This document shows positions 39,821-50,933 of a stretch of 64,000 nucleotides of DNA, in pieces. The position numbers were made by a program, and so were the translations under genes. The notes beneath the pieces are model-generated. The model did not search any database and was not told the DNA's origin. It saw nothing but the letters and a program-made list of their open reading frames with translations. The first letter of the stretch is position 1; each line of letters begins with the position of its first letter. The stretch covers positions 544,001 through 608,000 of the forward strand of contig CAVVMW010000001.1 of assembly GCA_963749495.1 (NCBI GenBank), written 5' to 3'. This stretch comes from an uncultured bacterium (GTDB lineage Bacteria > Verrucomicrobiota > Verrucomicrobiia > Limisphaerales > UBA8199).

Positions 39821-41339
39821 CTAGGCCCACCATTGATTCCGGGCGGAGGCAGACCTGGCGCGAGCCCCTGGGTTGGTTGCGGAAGCTGCGGGGCGGGAGC
39901 CGGCGGGCTTTCTTGTGTCTTCGGCTTCGAGCGGGTCCTGCTCCCTCGAGGGATCCTGGCGGGCCGAGGGGCGTTCTTCACTGGAGAACGACATCCCCCG
40001 GTCATTGGCGGAGACCAGCGGGGCCAGCCGCACCCCCTGCTCTGCCAAGCGGTCCTGCAAGTGCTTCCACTCCGCGCCGAGGGCCGCAAAATTGCCTCGC
40101 TCAAGCACTGCCAGTGCCTCCAGGTGCCCTTGCTGCAACCTGACGTGCAGGGCCAGTTGGGTGTTTGCGTCCGGCTTTAACACCAGGGCCACCGAATTGA
40201 CCTCAGCCTTCTGCAACCCGGTGAAGGCGCTTTCGACTGCACGGCGCACCGCCTCGGCAGTGCCTGTGTGCAGCGTCGGCGCCTCGGATTGGGGCCCCGA
40301 CAACTGGCTGGCGCCATGCTCGGCGGGCGCCAAAACCGCCTCGCCGGCGCCTAAAGACGCCACCGCACCGGGTTCGGGGGCCGCTGCGGCCTCCTTGCGC
40401 ACGCGCTCGACCGCCCGGGCCAAAATGGCCCCCGAAACCGTGCCGGGCAAGTTCTGCTCAGCCGGGCAGGCATTTTCGTTCACTTCGGGCAAACCTAACA
40501 TTGCAGGGGTACGTGGAGCAGCCGACATACCAGAATCCGGAGGCAGCGGGCTTGGGGCGGTCGGGCAGACAGAGGAGGCGCAGCCCGACACCGCCGCCAG
40601 CGGCTGCGGCGACATGGGAGTGCGCCCGTCCTCGGGCGCAGCGACGTCCGGAGCCAGGGCAGCGGTCAAGTACTCCGGCGCGCCTGCCCCCTCCGTCGCG
40701 GCTGCGCCCGGGGACGGGCGCACTCCCTCAGGCGGGTCAGACCAGTCGGACGGGTCAGACCGGTCTGACGGGGCGCATCCCGACACTGCTCCCGCCGCCG
40801 GGGGCCGGACCGGAGTGCGCCCGTCCTCGGGCGCAGCAACGTCCGCAGCCAGGGCAGCGGTCAGGTACTCCGGCGCGCCTGCCCGCTCCGTCGCTGCTGC
40901 GCCCGGTGACGGGCGCACTCCGGGGACAGTGTCAGGATGCGACCGGTCGGAGGGGCCGGAAGAATCCGCACTTGGCAGGGTTCCGGGACGCAGGCAGGAC
41001 ATCTGCGCCCCGGCACCCCCGCGAGCGTTCTCCGGTGGACAAGAGGGCTTTGCGAGCAGGCTGCCGAACGAGCAAGGGAGCTGGCTGGTGTCCAAATCCT
41101 GGCTTTGGGCCTTCGAGCCTCCCTGCGGAGGCACGCCGCGCGCGCGCGCCTGGGCCGCCCTTGGGTGCGGCGCCGACAGGGCAGGCCCCTATCGGCTCGA
41201 CGCCGGAGGTCCGGCTCGCCTGGGCGACCAGAGCTGGAAAGTCGCCGCGCGCGATGGCGGGATCGGGCTCGCTGTGCTGGGCGTTGGACACTGCGGCCCC
41301 GTAGAGGGCTGCCGTCATGGGCGGGGGGGAGGAGGTCAT
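39821..41339 (-). CDS. fliK: Hook-length control protein FliK-like (frameshift near 41140; in-frame MITE insertions)
   Basis: Low-complexity N-terminus; C-terminal LVLKPD..LALHVRL...LQDRLAEQGVRL; located before flgD. Confidence 0.65.
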
Positions 41340-41956
41340 GGAGGCGGCGCCTTTTTAGACGCCACCGAGGCGACGGTGAGGCGGAGGCGATTGGAGATGA
41401 GGGCGGCGCGTTTGGGCTCATCCTTGACGCCCTGGCCCATGCCTTCGAGGATAGGAGCCGACTCGGCTTCCTTCATCATGGCAAGGATCTTCACCACCAG
41501 CTCGTCGTCCATCTCGCGCATGATGCGGGCGGCGCTCTCGGGGGTCATCAAGGCATAGACCTTGGCGAGCTTTTTCAGATTGGCGGCTTCTTCTTCTCCG
41601 ACGCGGATGATAGTTGCCTCGATATTTGTCTTGAGCTGATACACGGCCTGGGTGACGGAGTAGATTTCCTGGCGTTCGGCCTTGAGACGGGCCTCCAGTT
41701 CGTCGAGTTGCAGGGCGCGCGTGCGCAGGCCCTCGCGCTGCTCCTTGAGTTCGGCAATCAGTTGGGTCATTTCCGGGTTTTCGAAGTCCCATGACGGGCC
41801 GCCAAAGGAGTGCGGGCCAGCGCTGACGCGGGCGCGCAGCGCGACCTGAGCGCGGGCCAACCGTTGCTGGTGCTCAAGACACAGCCAGGTCGTGATCAGG
41901 TAGGCAGCCATGCCCAGGGCAACGGCCATCCATCTGGTTTGCAGCAGGCCTCTCAT
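41336..41956 (-). CDS. MotE/YlxF-like (MgtE-N-like) flagellar protein
   Basis: TM, coiled coil, KKLAKVYALMTPESAARIM; located between fliJ and fliK. Confidence 0.8.
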   Translation of the reverse strand: MRGLLQTRWMAVALGMAAYLITTWLCLEHQQRLARAQVALRARVSAGPHSFGGPSWDFENPEMTQLIAELKEQREGLRTRALQLDELEARLKAERQEIYSVTQAVYQLKTNIEATIIRVGEEEAANLKKLAKVYALMTPESAARIMREMDDELVVKILAMMKEAESAPILEGMGQGVKDEPKRAALISNRLRLTVASVASKKAPPP

Positions 41957-42426
41957 AGCATCAGTGAAGGTGCTTCACGGCTCGAATTGGCCGGGAAGGG
42001 GCGGCGCTGGGAGAATTCATCGATGAGCTTTTGCTCGGCGCGCGCAACCTCATAGTCATAAACCCGGCGTTGACGGTCGCGGAGGCGCTCGAGGGTCTCC
42101 CGTTGAAGAGAGGCCTGGAGCAATCCGCGGCGGGCCTCCTCGAGTTGTTGGCGGGCCAGGGCCGCCTCGCGGGCGACCTGGACGCGGCGGTCGTGCAGGG
42201 TGGCAGCGTAGAGGCGCCACTGTTCGAGTTCCTTGGCGCGGGGACCGGCGGCCAGGCGGGCCCGCCGCCGTTCCTCGTCGTCGGCAATCGCCGCATCGGC
42301 GTCGCGCAGGCGGGCGCAGGCCGCGTCCAGCGCCAGGCAGGCGCGAGCGCAGGCCCGCTGGGCGGCCTGCTCGGCCTGCTCGCGCAAGGTCAACACGGCT
42401 TGGAGCCTGAACTGAAATGGCTTCAT
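41953..42426 (-). CDS. fliJ: Flagellar export chaperone FliJ
   Basis: MKPFQFRLQAVLTLRE...EQKLIDE. Confidence 0.9.
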   Translation of the reverse strand: MKPFQFRLQAVLTLREQAEQAAQRACARACLALDAACARLRDADAAIADDEERRRARLAAGPRAKELEQWRLYAATLHDRRVQVAREAALARQQLEEARRGLLQASLQRETLERLRDRQRRVYDYEVARAEQKLIDEFSQRRPFPANSSREAPSLML

Positions 42427-43982
42427 GCCGGGGCGCTCCTTGAGGCCGGGGTGGGTTTAGGGGTGGGCAACGGGGCCAGGGTCTGGCCCAGCAAAGACCA
42501 GGTCTGCTCGAGGGTGAAGCTTTCGGCAACCCCTTGGCGGAGCAACTGGCGCAAAGGCTCATGGCGGGCAATGGCCTCATCGATGACCGGGTTGCTCCCG
42601 GCGGGATAGGCGCCAATGCTGATGAGGTCCTCGTTCTTGCGATAGACCGCCATCTGCTCGCGGGCCCGCGCGACAAGGTCCAGTTGCGCCGGGGTGTGCA
42701 GTTCGCGGGCCAGGCGGCTCACGCTCTGGAGCACCTCGATGGCCGGATAATGGTTTTGGGCGGCCAGGTCGCGCGAGAGCACAATGTGGCCGTCCAGAAT
42801 GGACCGCACGGCGTCCGCAACCGGGTCGTTCATGTCGTCCGCCTCGACCAGGACCGTGAACAGGCCGGTGATGGTGCCGCGCTCGCCGGCGCCGGCTCGC
42901 TCCAGCAGTTGCGGCAGGATCGAGAAGACCGAAGGCGTATAGCCGCGCGTAGTGGCAGGCTCGCCGATGGCCAACCCGATCTCGCGCTGGGCCATGGCCA
43001 ATCGCGTCACCGAATCCATCATCATCAGCACGTTTGCGCCCTGGTCCCGGAAATGTTCGGCGATGGCCATGGCCAGGAAGGCCCCCTTCACTCGAGCCAG
43101 GGCCGGCTCATTGGAGGTGGCCACCACCAGCACCGACTTGCGCCGGCCCGCCTCATCCAGGTCCTTCTCCAGGAAGTCCCGCACCTCGCGGCCGCGCTCG
43201 CCGATGAGGGCAATGACGTTCACGTCGGCCTCGGCATGGCTGGCCATCATGCCCAGGAGCGTGGACTTGCCGACGCCGCTGCCGGAGAAGATGCCCAGGC
43301 GCTGGCCGCGGCCGCAGGGGACGAAGGCATCGAGGGCCTTGATGCCGGTGCGAAAGACCGTCCGGATGCGCTGGCGCCTGAGCGGGTGCGGCGGCTGCAG
43401 GTGCAACCCCACCTGGTGCGGCCCACGAATCAGCCCCGCCCCGTCCAGCGGCCGCCCCAAACCGTCCACCACACGCCCCTTCAAGTCCTCCCCGAAGCTG
43501 ATCGAGAATGGCCCCCCGGTGGCCAGGACCTCGCTGCCCAGGTGAACGCCCCTCACTGGCCCCAGCGGCATCAGCAGCAGATGGTGGTCGCGAAAACCCA
43601 CCACCTCGGCCAGCGTCGTGCCGTCATGGCCGGAGGACTCGATGCGGCAAACCTCGCCCACCGCGGCATGGGGGCCTTCGGACTCGACCACCAGGCCGAT
43701 CAACTGAACGACTCGCCCGCGCGCTTCGGCTGGGCGCGCCTTGCGCACGCGCGCCAGGGCGGAGGCGATTGAGCCGAGCGCGGGCATTGGAGGCGCGCAG
43801 CCTGCCGGCTGCCCCGCGACACAGGCATCCTGGCTGCGCGCTGTGATGCGGGCCGGCGCGCAGTCCGGGATGCCTGCGCCGGGAGCGGCTGCGGCCGGGG
43901 GGGGGCGCAGCGCGCCAGGGGCCATGTCGGCAGGCGCCCCTGGAGCCGGGCAGGACGGTGATTCTGGAAGGCGGCTGCTCAT
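42423..43982 (-). CDS. fliI: Flagellar export ATPase FliI
   Basis: GQRLGIFSGSGVGKSTL, IGERGREV, DSVTR.AMAQREIGL. Confidence 0.95.
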   Translation of the reverse strand: MSSRLPESPSCPAPGAPADMAPGALRPPPAAAAPGAGIPDCAPARITARSQDACVAGQPAGCAPPMPALGSIASALARVRKARPAEARGRVVQLIGLVVESEGPHAAVGEVCRIESSGHDGTTLAEVVGFRDHHLLLMPLGPVRGVHLGSEVLATGGPFSISFGEDLKGRVVDGLGRPLDGAGLIRGPHQVGLHLQPPHPLRRQRIRTVFRTGIKALDAFVPCGRGQRLGIFSGSGVGKSTLLGMMASHAEADVNVIALIGERGREVRDFLEKDLDEAGRRKSVLVVATSNEPALARVKGAFLAMAIAEHFRDQGANVLMMMDSVTRLAMAQREIGLAIGEPATTRGYTPSVFSILPQLLERAGAGERGTITGLFTVLVEADDMNDPVADAVRSILDGHIVLSRDLAAQNHYPAIEVLQSVSRLARELHTPAQLDLVARAREQMAVYRKNEDLISIGAYPAGSNPVIDEAIARHEPLRQLLRQGVAESFTLEQTWSLLGQTLAPLPTPKPTPASRSAPA

Positions 43983-43983
43983 G

Positions 43984-44577
43984 TCATTGTGCCAGGGATT
44001 GGCGGATGAGTTCGAGCTTGGTCTCGCGGCGGGCATCGAGCAGGCCGAAGCGGGTCTGGACCAGGCAGCCGCCGCGGGTGACCTCGGGCGAGGCACGGAA
44101 ATGGATGCGTTCGTTGCCCGGCCCGGGCAGCAGGACCGGCGAATTGCATTGCTGCAGCAAGGCCAGGTCGTCCGCGTGCAGCGCAACCTCCAATTCGGCG
44201 CTCTCCTGGACCTGCGCGAGCGCGGAGCGGATGGCCGCCTCGACCATCTGGGCTGAGATTGGCAGGCCGCAGACGAGCCGGGTGGCGACCTCGATGGCCA
44301 GCTCGATCAGGTCGGACTCGCATTGGCGGGCCACCTGGGGCAGGGCCTGGCGCAACGAGGCCAGGACGCCGTTCTGGAGTTCCATCAGTTCGCGGCGCTG
44401 GCGCAGGAGTTGCTCGCTGAGGCGTTTTTCACCGTTACGGAGGCCCCGTTCATAAGCGGCCTGCTCGAGCCGGGGGTTGCCCGCCGGCTGGCTCCCATCG
44501 TCCTGGGCGGCGCGAAAGCCGGCCAGGTGGACGTGGAGCAGAGGCTGGCCGCAGGGAACGGGCTTAGACCATTTCAT
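43984..44577 (-). CDS. fliH: FliH/SctL family protein
   Basis: AYERGLRNG, LHADDL, GGCLVQTRFG.LDA. Confidence 0.88.
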   Translation of the reverse strand: MKWSKPVPCGQPLLHVHLAGFRAAQDDGSQPAGNPRLEQAAYERGLRNGEKRLSEQLLRQRRELMELQNGVLASLRQALPQVARQCESDLIELAIEVATRLVCGLPISAQMVEAAIRSALAQVQESAELEVALHADDLALLQQCNSPVLLPGPGNERIHFRASPEVTRGGCLVQTRFGLLDARRETKLELIRQSLAQ

Positions 44578-45621
44578 AACGGTTGTCTTTGCGGAGATTG
44601 CCAAGGTCAACGGTGCCTTCGGCCTCGAGACGGCGGACCGCATCGATGATGCGCAACTGGGTGGCCTCGATGTCGCGCAGGCGGACGGGCCCCATGAAGC
44701 TCATCTCCTCGGTCACGGCCTCGGCGGCGCGTTTGGTGACGCAGCCCAGGAGCTTGGTCTTGAGCTTGTCGCTGCCGCTCTTGAGGGCCAGCGCCAGTTC
44801 GCGCATATCGACCTCGCGCAGGATGCGCTGGAGGGTGACCGTATCGAGGTTGGCCAGGTCCTCGAAGGTGAACATCTTGTGGCGGATCGACTGGCCCAGC
44901 TCGGGATTGCGTTCCTCGAGGGCGCTCAAGACGGTCTTGCCCTGGGCGTTGTCCATGGCATTGAGGAGGTCTGCGGCGCTCTTGACGCCGCCGGTCTGGC
45001 TCAGGGCGCGGGTGGGGCTGACGCCGCGTTTGGCGACGAGGATTTCGACGACCTTCTCGACCACCTCGACCGGGGCGGGGGCGAGGGTGGCGATGCGTTC
45101 GAGGATCTTGTCGCGCTGCTCGGGCTGGAAATAGGAGAGGGCCTCGGCGGCCTTGCCGGCCCCCGAATAGGAGAGCACCAGGGCCACGGTTTGGGGCTGC
45201 TCGTTGCGCAGGAGGTTGTAAATCTGCCGCGCCTCCATGTCCAGGATTTCGCGCATGGGGGCGGCGGTCGTGCGGGCCGGGGCCACACGGTCCATGATCT
45301 CGGCCGCCTTGAACACGCCGATGGCCTTCTCCAGAGTCGCCCGGGTGACCTCAATCCCGCCGCGAATGGCCGTGCCGGCCTCGACGGCGACCTCGGAGAA
45401 TTCGGCCAGGATCTCCGTCTGCAGTTGCTGGCTGATCATGCCGAACTTGGACATCTCGGCGGAGATCGACTCGACCTGGGGGGCTCGAAGCCGCGCAGGA
45501 CCTGGGCGGCGGCGTCAGGCCCCAGGATGACCAGCAGGGCGGCCAGCTTCTGAATGCGGGAGAGTTTGGGGGCCTCGGCCCTGCTCTCGGCAGATTTGCT
45601 CGCAAGCTCAGGTGTGGGCAT
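44564..45621 (-). CDS. fliG: Flagellar switch protein FliG (frameshift at a G run near 45480)
   Basis: KLAALLVILG, EQPQTVAL, MFTFEDL, GPVRLRDIE. Confidence 0.93.
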
Positions 45622-45626
45622 AACGC

Positions 45627-47253
45627 TCAACTGGAGGGCGGGGTTTCGCCGCGATCAAGCCAGGCCCGGATGGCCTGGGTCATGTTCTGCGGGTTCTCCT
45701 TGATCAGTTGGTTGAGGACCTCGACGGTCACCACGCCGCTGGCCGGCTCGGGACGGGGTTCGAGGCCCAAAGTGCCCCGGCCGCCGCCGTGGCCGTTGCC
45801 CAGGTGCAGCGGCAGCCGCCCCGCGGGCACCCCCATCTGGATGTCCTCGACCGTGGTCCGTTTGAAGAGGCGGATGAAGACAAAGAGAATCCCCAGCGCC
45901 AGCGTCGGGTAGGCCAGGTTGCGGGCAATCGTCCACCAGAAATCACGCCGGTCCTGGGTTTCCAGGTGATGCGCCACTTCCGTGGCGAACTGGTCGTTGA
46001 AAGGCAATTCCTCGAGTTGGATCTGGTCGCCCCGCGTCGAGACGATGCCCAGGGCGCTGCTGACGATGTTGCTCAGTTGGTTGATTTCCAGGTCCGGGCG
46101 TTTGACGATCTTGCGCGCGGACCCGGTGCCTTCCACCTTGGCGGCCACGGTGACGGCAGCCGAGAGGCGCTTGATGCCGCCGGCGGCCTGCATGACGGTG
46201 CTGGTCGTCCTGCTGACTTCGGTACTGGGTGGTGTCGGTGATCTTCTTGTTCTTGCTGTTGGTGAGGGGGCCGGCGGCATTGGTGCCGGCGGAGCTGCCC
46301 GGCGTGTTGGCGCTCACGCCCGCGACTTCCCCGCCGTTGGCGGTCGTCGAGTCGTCGGTCGAGGTCTCCTTGGTGGTGAGGCGGGCGACCTGGCCATCGG
46401 GGTCGAACTTCTCTTCGGTGCGTTGGGTGGAGTCGAAGTTGAGCTCGGCGGCGACGCGGACGATGGCCTGGCCCGGGCCGAGGACTTTTTCGAGCATGCC
46501 CTCGGCCTTCCGGGCGAGGTACTGCTCGAGGTTGCGCCGGGCGTCGAGTTGGGTGGCCGTGAGCCCGACCAGGGAATCGTTTTCGACGTTTTCGGACAGG
46601 ACGTTGCCCTGGTTATCGACGATGCTGACGAAGTTGGGCTTGAGACCCTCGACCGAGTTGGCGACCAGGAAGCGGATGGAGCTGACGGCCTGGGGCTGGA
46701 GCTGGGTATTGCCCCGGAGCCGGATGAAGACCGAGGCGGTGGCATGCTTGTCCTTGTCCAGGAGCAGCCGGTTTTCCGGCAGCACGACCATGACTCGAGC
46801 GCTCTCGACCTCGTCGATTTGGGCGATGGTCCGGGCCAGTTCCCCTTGCAGGGCGCGCACGTAATTGGCCCGCTGCACGAAATCCGAAATCCCGAAATTC
46901 GGTTTGTCGAAGATCTCGAAGCCGACGCCGTCGCTGCGGGGGATGCCTTTGCCGGCCAGTTGCATGCGCACCAGGTGTACCTTTTCGCTCGGCACCAGGA
47001 TCGAGCCGCCGCCGGCGCCGACTTTGTAGGCCACCTTGGCATCGTCGAGGGCGGCGATGACCCTGGAGGCCTCCCCATCGGAGAGCTTGCCGTAGAGCAG
47101 GCTGTATTCGGCGCGGCCCGACCACCAGGCGACGGCCAGGATGCCCAGGAACGTCGCGGCAGTGGCCAGGACAACGCTCACCCGCTGGTTTGTGCCCAGT
47201 TGTTTCCAGATCTCCTGCAACTGGCGTCCGATTTTGGCAACGTTGGGATTCAT
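45627..47253 (-). CDS. fliF: MS-ring protein FliF (frameshift near 46225)
   Basis: GFEIFDK..FGISDF, RALQGELARTI, ASVFI, GGIKRLSAAV. Confidence 0.93.
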
Positions 47254-47277
47254 CGACAAACAGGGCCAAGCACCGCG

Positions 47278-47664
47278 TTACACCTGCATCTGCATGAGTT
47301 GCTGGTAGGAATCCAGGAGCTTGTTGCGGACCTCGACCATCAACTGGAAGGAGATACTGGCCTCTTCTGCGGCAATCATGGCCTGGTGCAGGGAGACGTT
47401 CTGGCCGCTCTGGAGGTCCTGGAGGGCCTGGGCCGCGGCGCTCTGCTTGGCACTGACGTCGTTGACCATCTGCCCGAGGAGGGTGCCGAAGGAGCTGCCG
47501 GAGGGTTGGAGGGCCGAAACCTGGTTGCCGGGCAGCGCGGCATTGAGTTCGCGCAGTTCGGCCACAGGGATGGAGGTGGCAGACGGGGTTGCCCGGTCTG
47601 CGGGGTTCAGCGGGGCAGGGGGTAAGCCCGACCACAGTTGGCGGATCGAGGCGAGCGCGTTCAC
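47278..47664 (-). CDS. fliE: Hook-basal body protein FliE
   Basis: HQAMIA.EEA..FQLMVEVRNKLLDSYQQLMQMQV. Confidence 0.95.
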   Translation of the reverse strand: MNALASIRQLWSGLPPAPLNPADRATPSATSIPVAELRELNAALPGNQVSALQPSGSSFGTLLGQMVNDVSAKQSAAAQALQDLQSGQNVSLHQAMIAAEEASISFQLMVEVRNKLLDSYQQLMQMQV

Positions 47665-47675
47665 GGGTCAGCGGC

Positions 47676-48107
47676 CTAGTGTTTGCCGATCGTAAGGTCC
47701 TGCATGGCCATCGCCCGGCCATTTTTCAGGACGGCCAGGTTGGCCTCGTAGGTGCGATCGGCCACGATCATGTCGGCCATTTCCTGGTAAATATTGACGT
47801 TGGGAAACTGGACCATCCCGCTGGCATCGGCATCCGGGTGGCCGGGTTGGTAGATGGTGGGGCCCGGGCGGGGGTCCTTTTGAATGCGGGCTACCTGGGG
47901 TGCCTGGAGTGCGGCCCGGCTGCCCTCGGCCGCCTGGGCCTTCTGCAGCACGCCCTCGAAGACGACCTGCTGGCGCTGATAAGGCCCCCCGTCGGGACCC
48001 CGTGTCGTGTTGGCATTGGCGATGTTCTGGGCGATGACTTCCAGGCGCGTCCGCTCGGCGTCCAGGGCGGCAGTGGTGCTTGGGAGGCTCGGGATGAGTT
48101 GAACCAT
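47676..48107 (-). CDS. flgC: Basal-body rod protein FlgC
   Basis: NIANANTTR, PYQRQ, YQPGHPDAD, YEANL. Confidence 0.95.
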   Translation of the reverse strand: MVQLIPSLPSTTAALDAERTRLEVIAQNIANANTTRGPDGGPYQRQQVVFEGVLQKAQAAEGSRAALQAPQVARIQKDPRPGPTIYQPGHPDADASGMVQFPNVNIYQEMADMIVADRTYEANLAVLKNGRAMAMQDLTIGKH

Positions 48108-48115
48108 AGCGAGGG

Positions 48116-48499
48116 TTAGGACGATTTTCCGGTGACCGCCATGCGAAGCCTGGCCAGGGCGGCGCTCACAACTTGGGACTCGACGGTGTGCTCCAGGGTG
48201 TTCTGGCCCAACTCGACCAACTCGCGCTCGATGTTGACGGTGTTGCCATCGCGGTTGGCGGGCAGCGCCTTGGCATCCACGGCGACCTGCGGCTGCAAGG
48301 CGCACAGGCGCGCCGCATCGTGGCTGGCCAGGGCATTTTGGAGTTCGGTGCGAAAGGAGGGGGCGAGATCCATCCGCCGGTAATGGGGCGTCTCGGCGTT
48401 GGCGATATTGGCTGCAATCACCGCATGCCTCACGACCGTGGCGTCGAGCATCCGTTTGGCACCCAGATACCCCGGTTGATTGAACAAGGCTTCGATCAT
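48116..48499 (-). CDS. flgB: Basal-body rod protein FlgB
   Basis: NIANAETPHYRRMD, DGNTVNIERE. Confidence 0.95.
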   Translation of the reverse strand: MIEALFNQPGYLGAKRMLDATVVRHAVIAANIANAETPHYRRMDLAPSFRTELQNALASHDAARLCALQPQVAVDAKALPANRDGNTVNIERELVELGQNTLEHTVESQVVSAALARLRMAVTGKSS

Positions 48500-48523
48500 G
48501 AAACGATTAGCTGCCCTGGGTGA

Positions 48524-48540
48524 AGCAACACCGGTGCCAG
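48524..48540 (-). promoter_or_regulatory. Sigma54 promoter of the flgB operon
   Basis: CTGGCACCGGTGTTGCT matches consensus TGGCAC-N5-TTGC, 25 bp before the flgB ATG. Confidence 0.8.
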
Positions 48541-48795
48541 GGGCGCCCAGCGGGCCATTTTAGCCCAAGACCGCTTCCAAGGGGAAAAAACCTCCCGGCC
48601 CCCCGACTGGGTAGGCAAGAGTTGTAGCTCCGGCTTGTCGGACAGGTCCGGCCTCCGCCCCACTGCGCCGGATTATGAGTGACTTTCGCGACCTTTGTCG
48701 TTGCCTTTGTCGCAACCTTTGTCGAAAACCCGCCCAATTCGACAAAGGTTGCGACAAAGGTTGCGACAAAGACACCAAAGTCCGGTGCAACACCC

Positions 48796-50800
48796 CTATG
48801 CTCCCACGCTCTTGCGCTCCGGGGCCGACGCCGGGTGGCGGAGGGCCGCATGGATGGACTCCAGCAGGCTCTGAACCGTGAAGGGCTTGGGGAGAAAGGA
48901 GATGTCGCCCCCGCCCTCGTCCGGGACGCCGCTCTCGTTGGGGGCAGCGCCGCTGACGGCCAGGATGGGCAGGCGGGCGTCGTGGGAGCGGAGGGCCTTG
49001 ATGACTGCCGGGCCGTCCAGGTTGGGCATCAGCAGGTCGAGGATGACGGCACGAATGGAGGCGTGGTGACGCGAAAAGATTGCCAGGGCCTCGCGCCCGT
49101 CACCGGCGGCCAGCGCCCGGTAACCGTGCGTTTCAAGAATGTGCTTGACCAGCTTGACGATGGACTGTTCGTCATCCACGACGAGGATGAGTTCGCCGCA
49201 GCCCAAGGGGAGCGGAGGCGAGTCGGGGGCGGCGATTTCAGCGGTCTGGTCCTCCGGGGCGGGTAAATAGACCGCGAAGCAGGAGCCGCGCCCCAAATCG
49301 CTTTGGACCTGGACGAACCCGCCATGGTTGCGGGCGATGTCGCGGACGGTGGACAGGCCAAGGCCAGTGCCCTGCCCAACCGGTTTAGTGGTGAAGAACG
49401 GGGTGAAGATCTTGCCCAGGACCTCCGGGGTCATGCCGGTGCCGGTGTCGGCCACCTCCAGGGCCACGTGGGGGCCGGAGGCCCGCTCGGTGTCGTCGCC
49501 CTGGACCGGCGGGTCAAGCCGGACGTTGCGGGCGGACAGGGTCAAGGTGCCGCCCTGGGGCATCGCGTCGCGCGCGTTGACGCACAGGTTGAGCAGGACC
49601 TGGTGGATCTGGGTGGCGTCGCCCACGATTTCCCAGGCCTCATCGGGGATGTCGATGCGCAGTTGGATGGATTTGGGGAAGGTCTCCTGGATGATCTTGC
49701 TGACCTCCTTGATGAGGGCCTTGGGCCGGAGGCAGACGCGGGCGCCCTCGACGCCGCGGCTGAAGGTGAGCAACTGGCGCACGATGCCGGCGCCGCGCTG
49801 GGCGCTGCTGGCCAGGATCTGCAGCAGCATCTGCTCCTGCTCGTCGCGGGAGTGCAGGCGCAGCACGTCCACCGCCATCGAGACCGGCGCCAGGACATTG
49901 TTCAAGTCATGCGCAATCCCGCTCGCCAGCGCCCCAATCGTCTCCAGCCGCTGCACACGCAGGAACCGGGCCTCCAACGACTTCTTCTCCGTGACATCCG
50001 TGCTCACCACCAGGATTGACTTGGGCTTGCGCGCCTGGTCGAGCACCAGCGTCGCCCGGCTGTGAACGATCACCGGCCGGCCATCGCGATGGACCTGGCG
50101 CAACTCGCCATCCCACTGCCCGTACTTGAGCGTGGCTTCCAGGGCCTGGATGAATTCCGCCGGGACTTCCTCGAAGAAGAGGCTGGGCATCGTGCCCGAG
50201 CGCCTCCTCGACCGGCCAGCCATAGAGCTTCTCCGCCGCGTGGTTCCAATAAAGGACGCGCGCGTCCAGGTCCAAAACGGTGATGGCGTCGTGGGCGATG
50301 TCCAGCAAGGCGGCCTGCTCGCGGAGGCGCTCCTCGGCCCGCTGGCGCTCGGTCAGGTCCTCCAGGCACAACAGGACCATGGTCTGATCGGCCACCACGA
50401 GCCTGGTCACCGAGGCCAGGAGGGTGGCCACGCGGGAGGCGCCGTCGCGGCCCAGGAGCGGGCGCACATAGAACCTCGAGCCTGGGCCGGGCTGGCGCAG
50501 GGCCTGGTCCACCGCGCGGTGCAAGGCGCAGGGACCGCACTCGGGCCCGGCGCCGCACGTGCTCGAATCGTGGCGCTCCTGACCCCAGCCCAGCACCGCC
50601 TCGACCGGTTTGCCAGCCAGGGCCTGGGCCGCGCAGCCTGCCAGGCCGGCCGCCGCGCGGTTGGCGCGCACCACCTGCCGCCGGGCATCCACCAAGACCA
50701 GTATCACCGGCGCATGCTCGTAGATGGCGCCCAATTGGCTCTGCGCAACCTCGTCGCGCAACGCGGCGCCCTCGCCGTGGCTGATGGCTGGGGACTTCAT
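48796..50800 (-). CDS. Hybrid PAS-PAS-histidine kinase-receiver protein (frameshift near 50190)
   Basis: GIAHDLNN H-box, NARDAM, DTGTGM, GTGLGL, and a receiver domain (LVVDD, LDLLMP, KPF). Confidence 0.92.
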
Positions 50801-50933
50801 GTCGGAAATGGCGCCGCCGGAAATACCGCTCCCGTTCCGCCGGCCACCTTAGTTCGTCCGTGTAGCTTATCGGCTTGCCCGGCAGAAAGTTAAGCGCCGG
50901 CGCGGAAAAGCCCTGGCCGCCGCCGCTGCTCCG

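Noticed and set aside
29300..47253. Non-flagellar injectisome T3SS
   Set aside because: flgBC, fliE, flgDE, motAB and fliA are present and there is no secretin, so the system is flagellar in origin.
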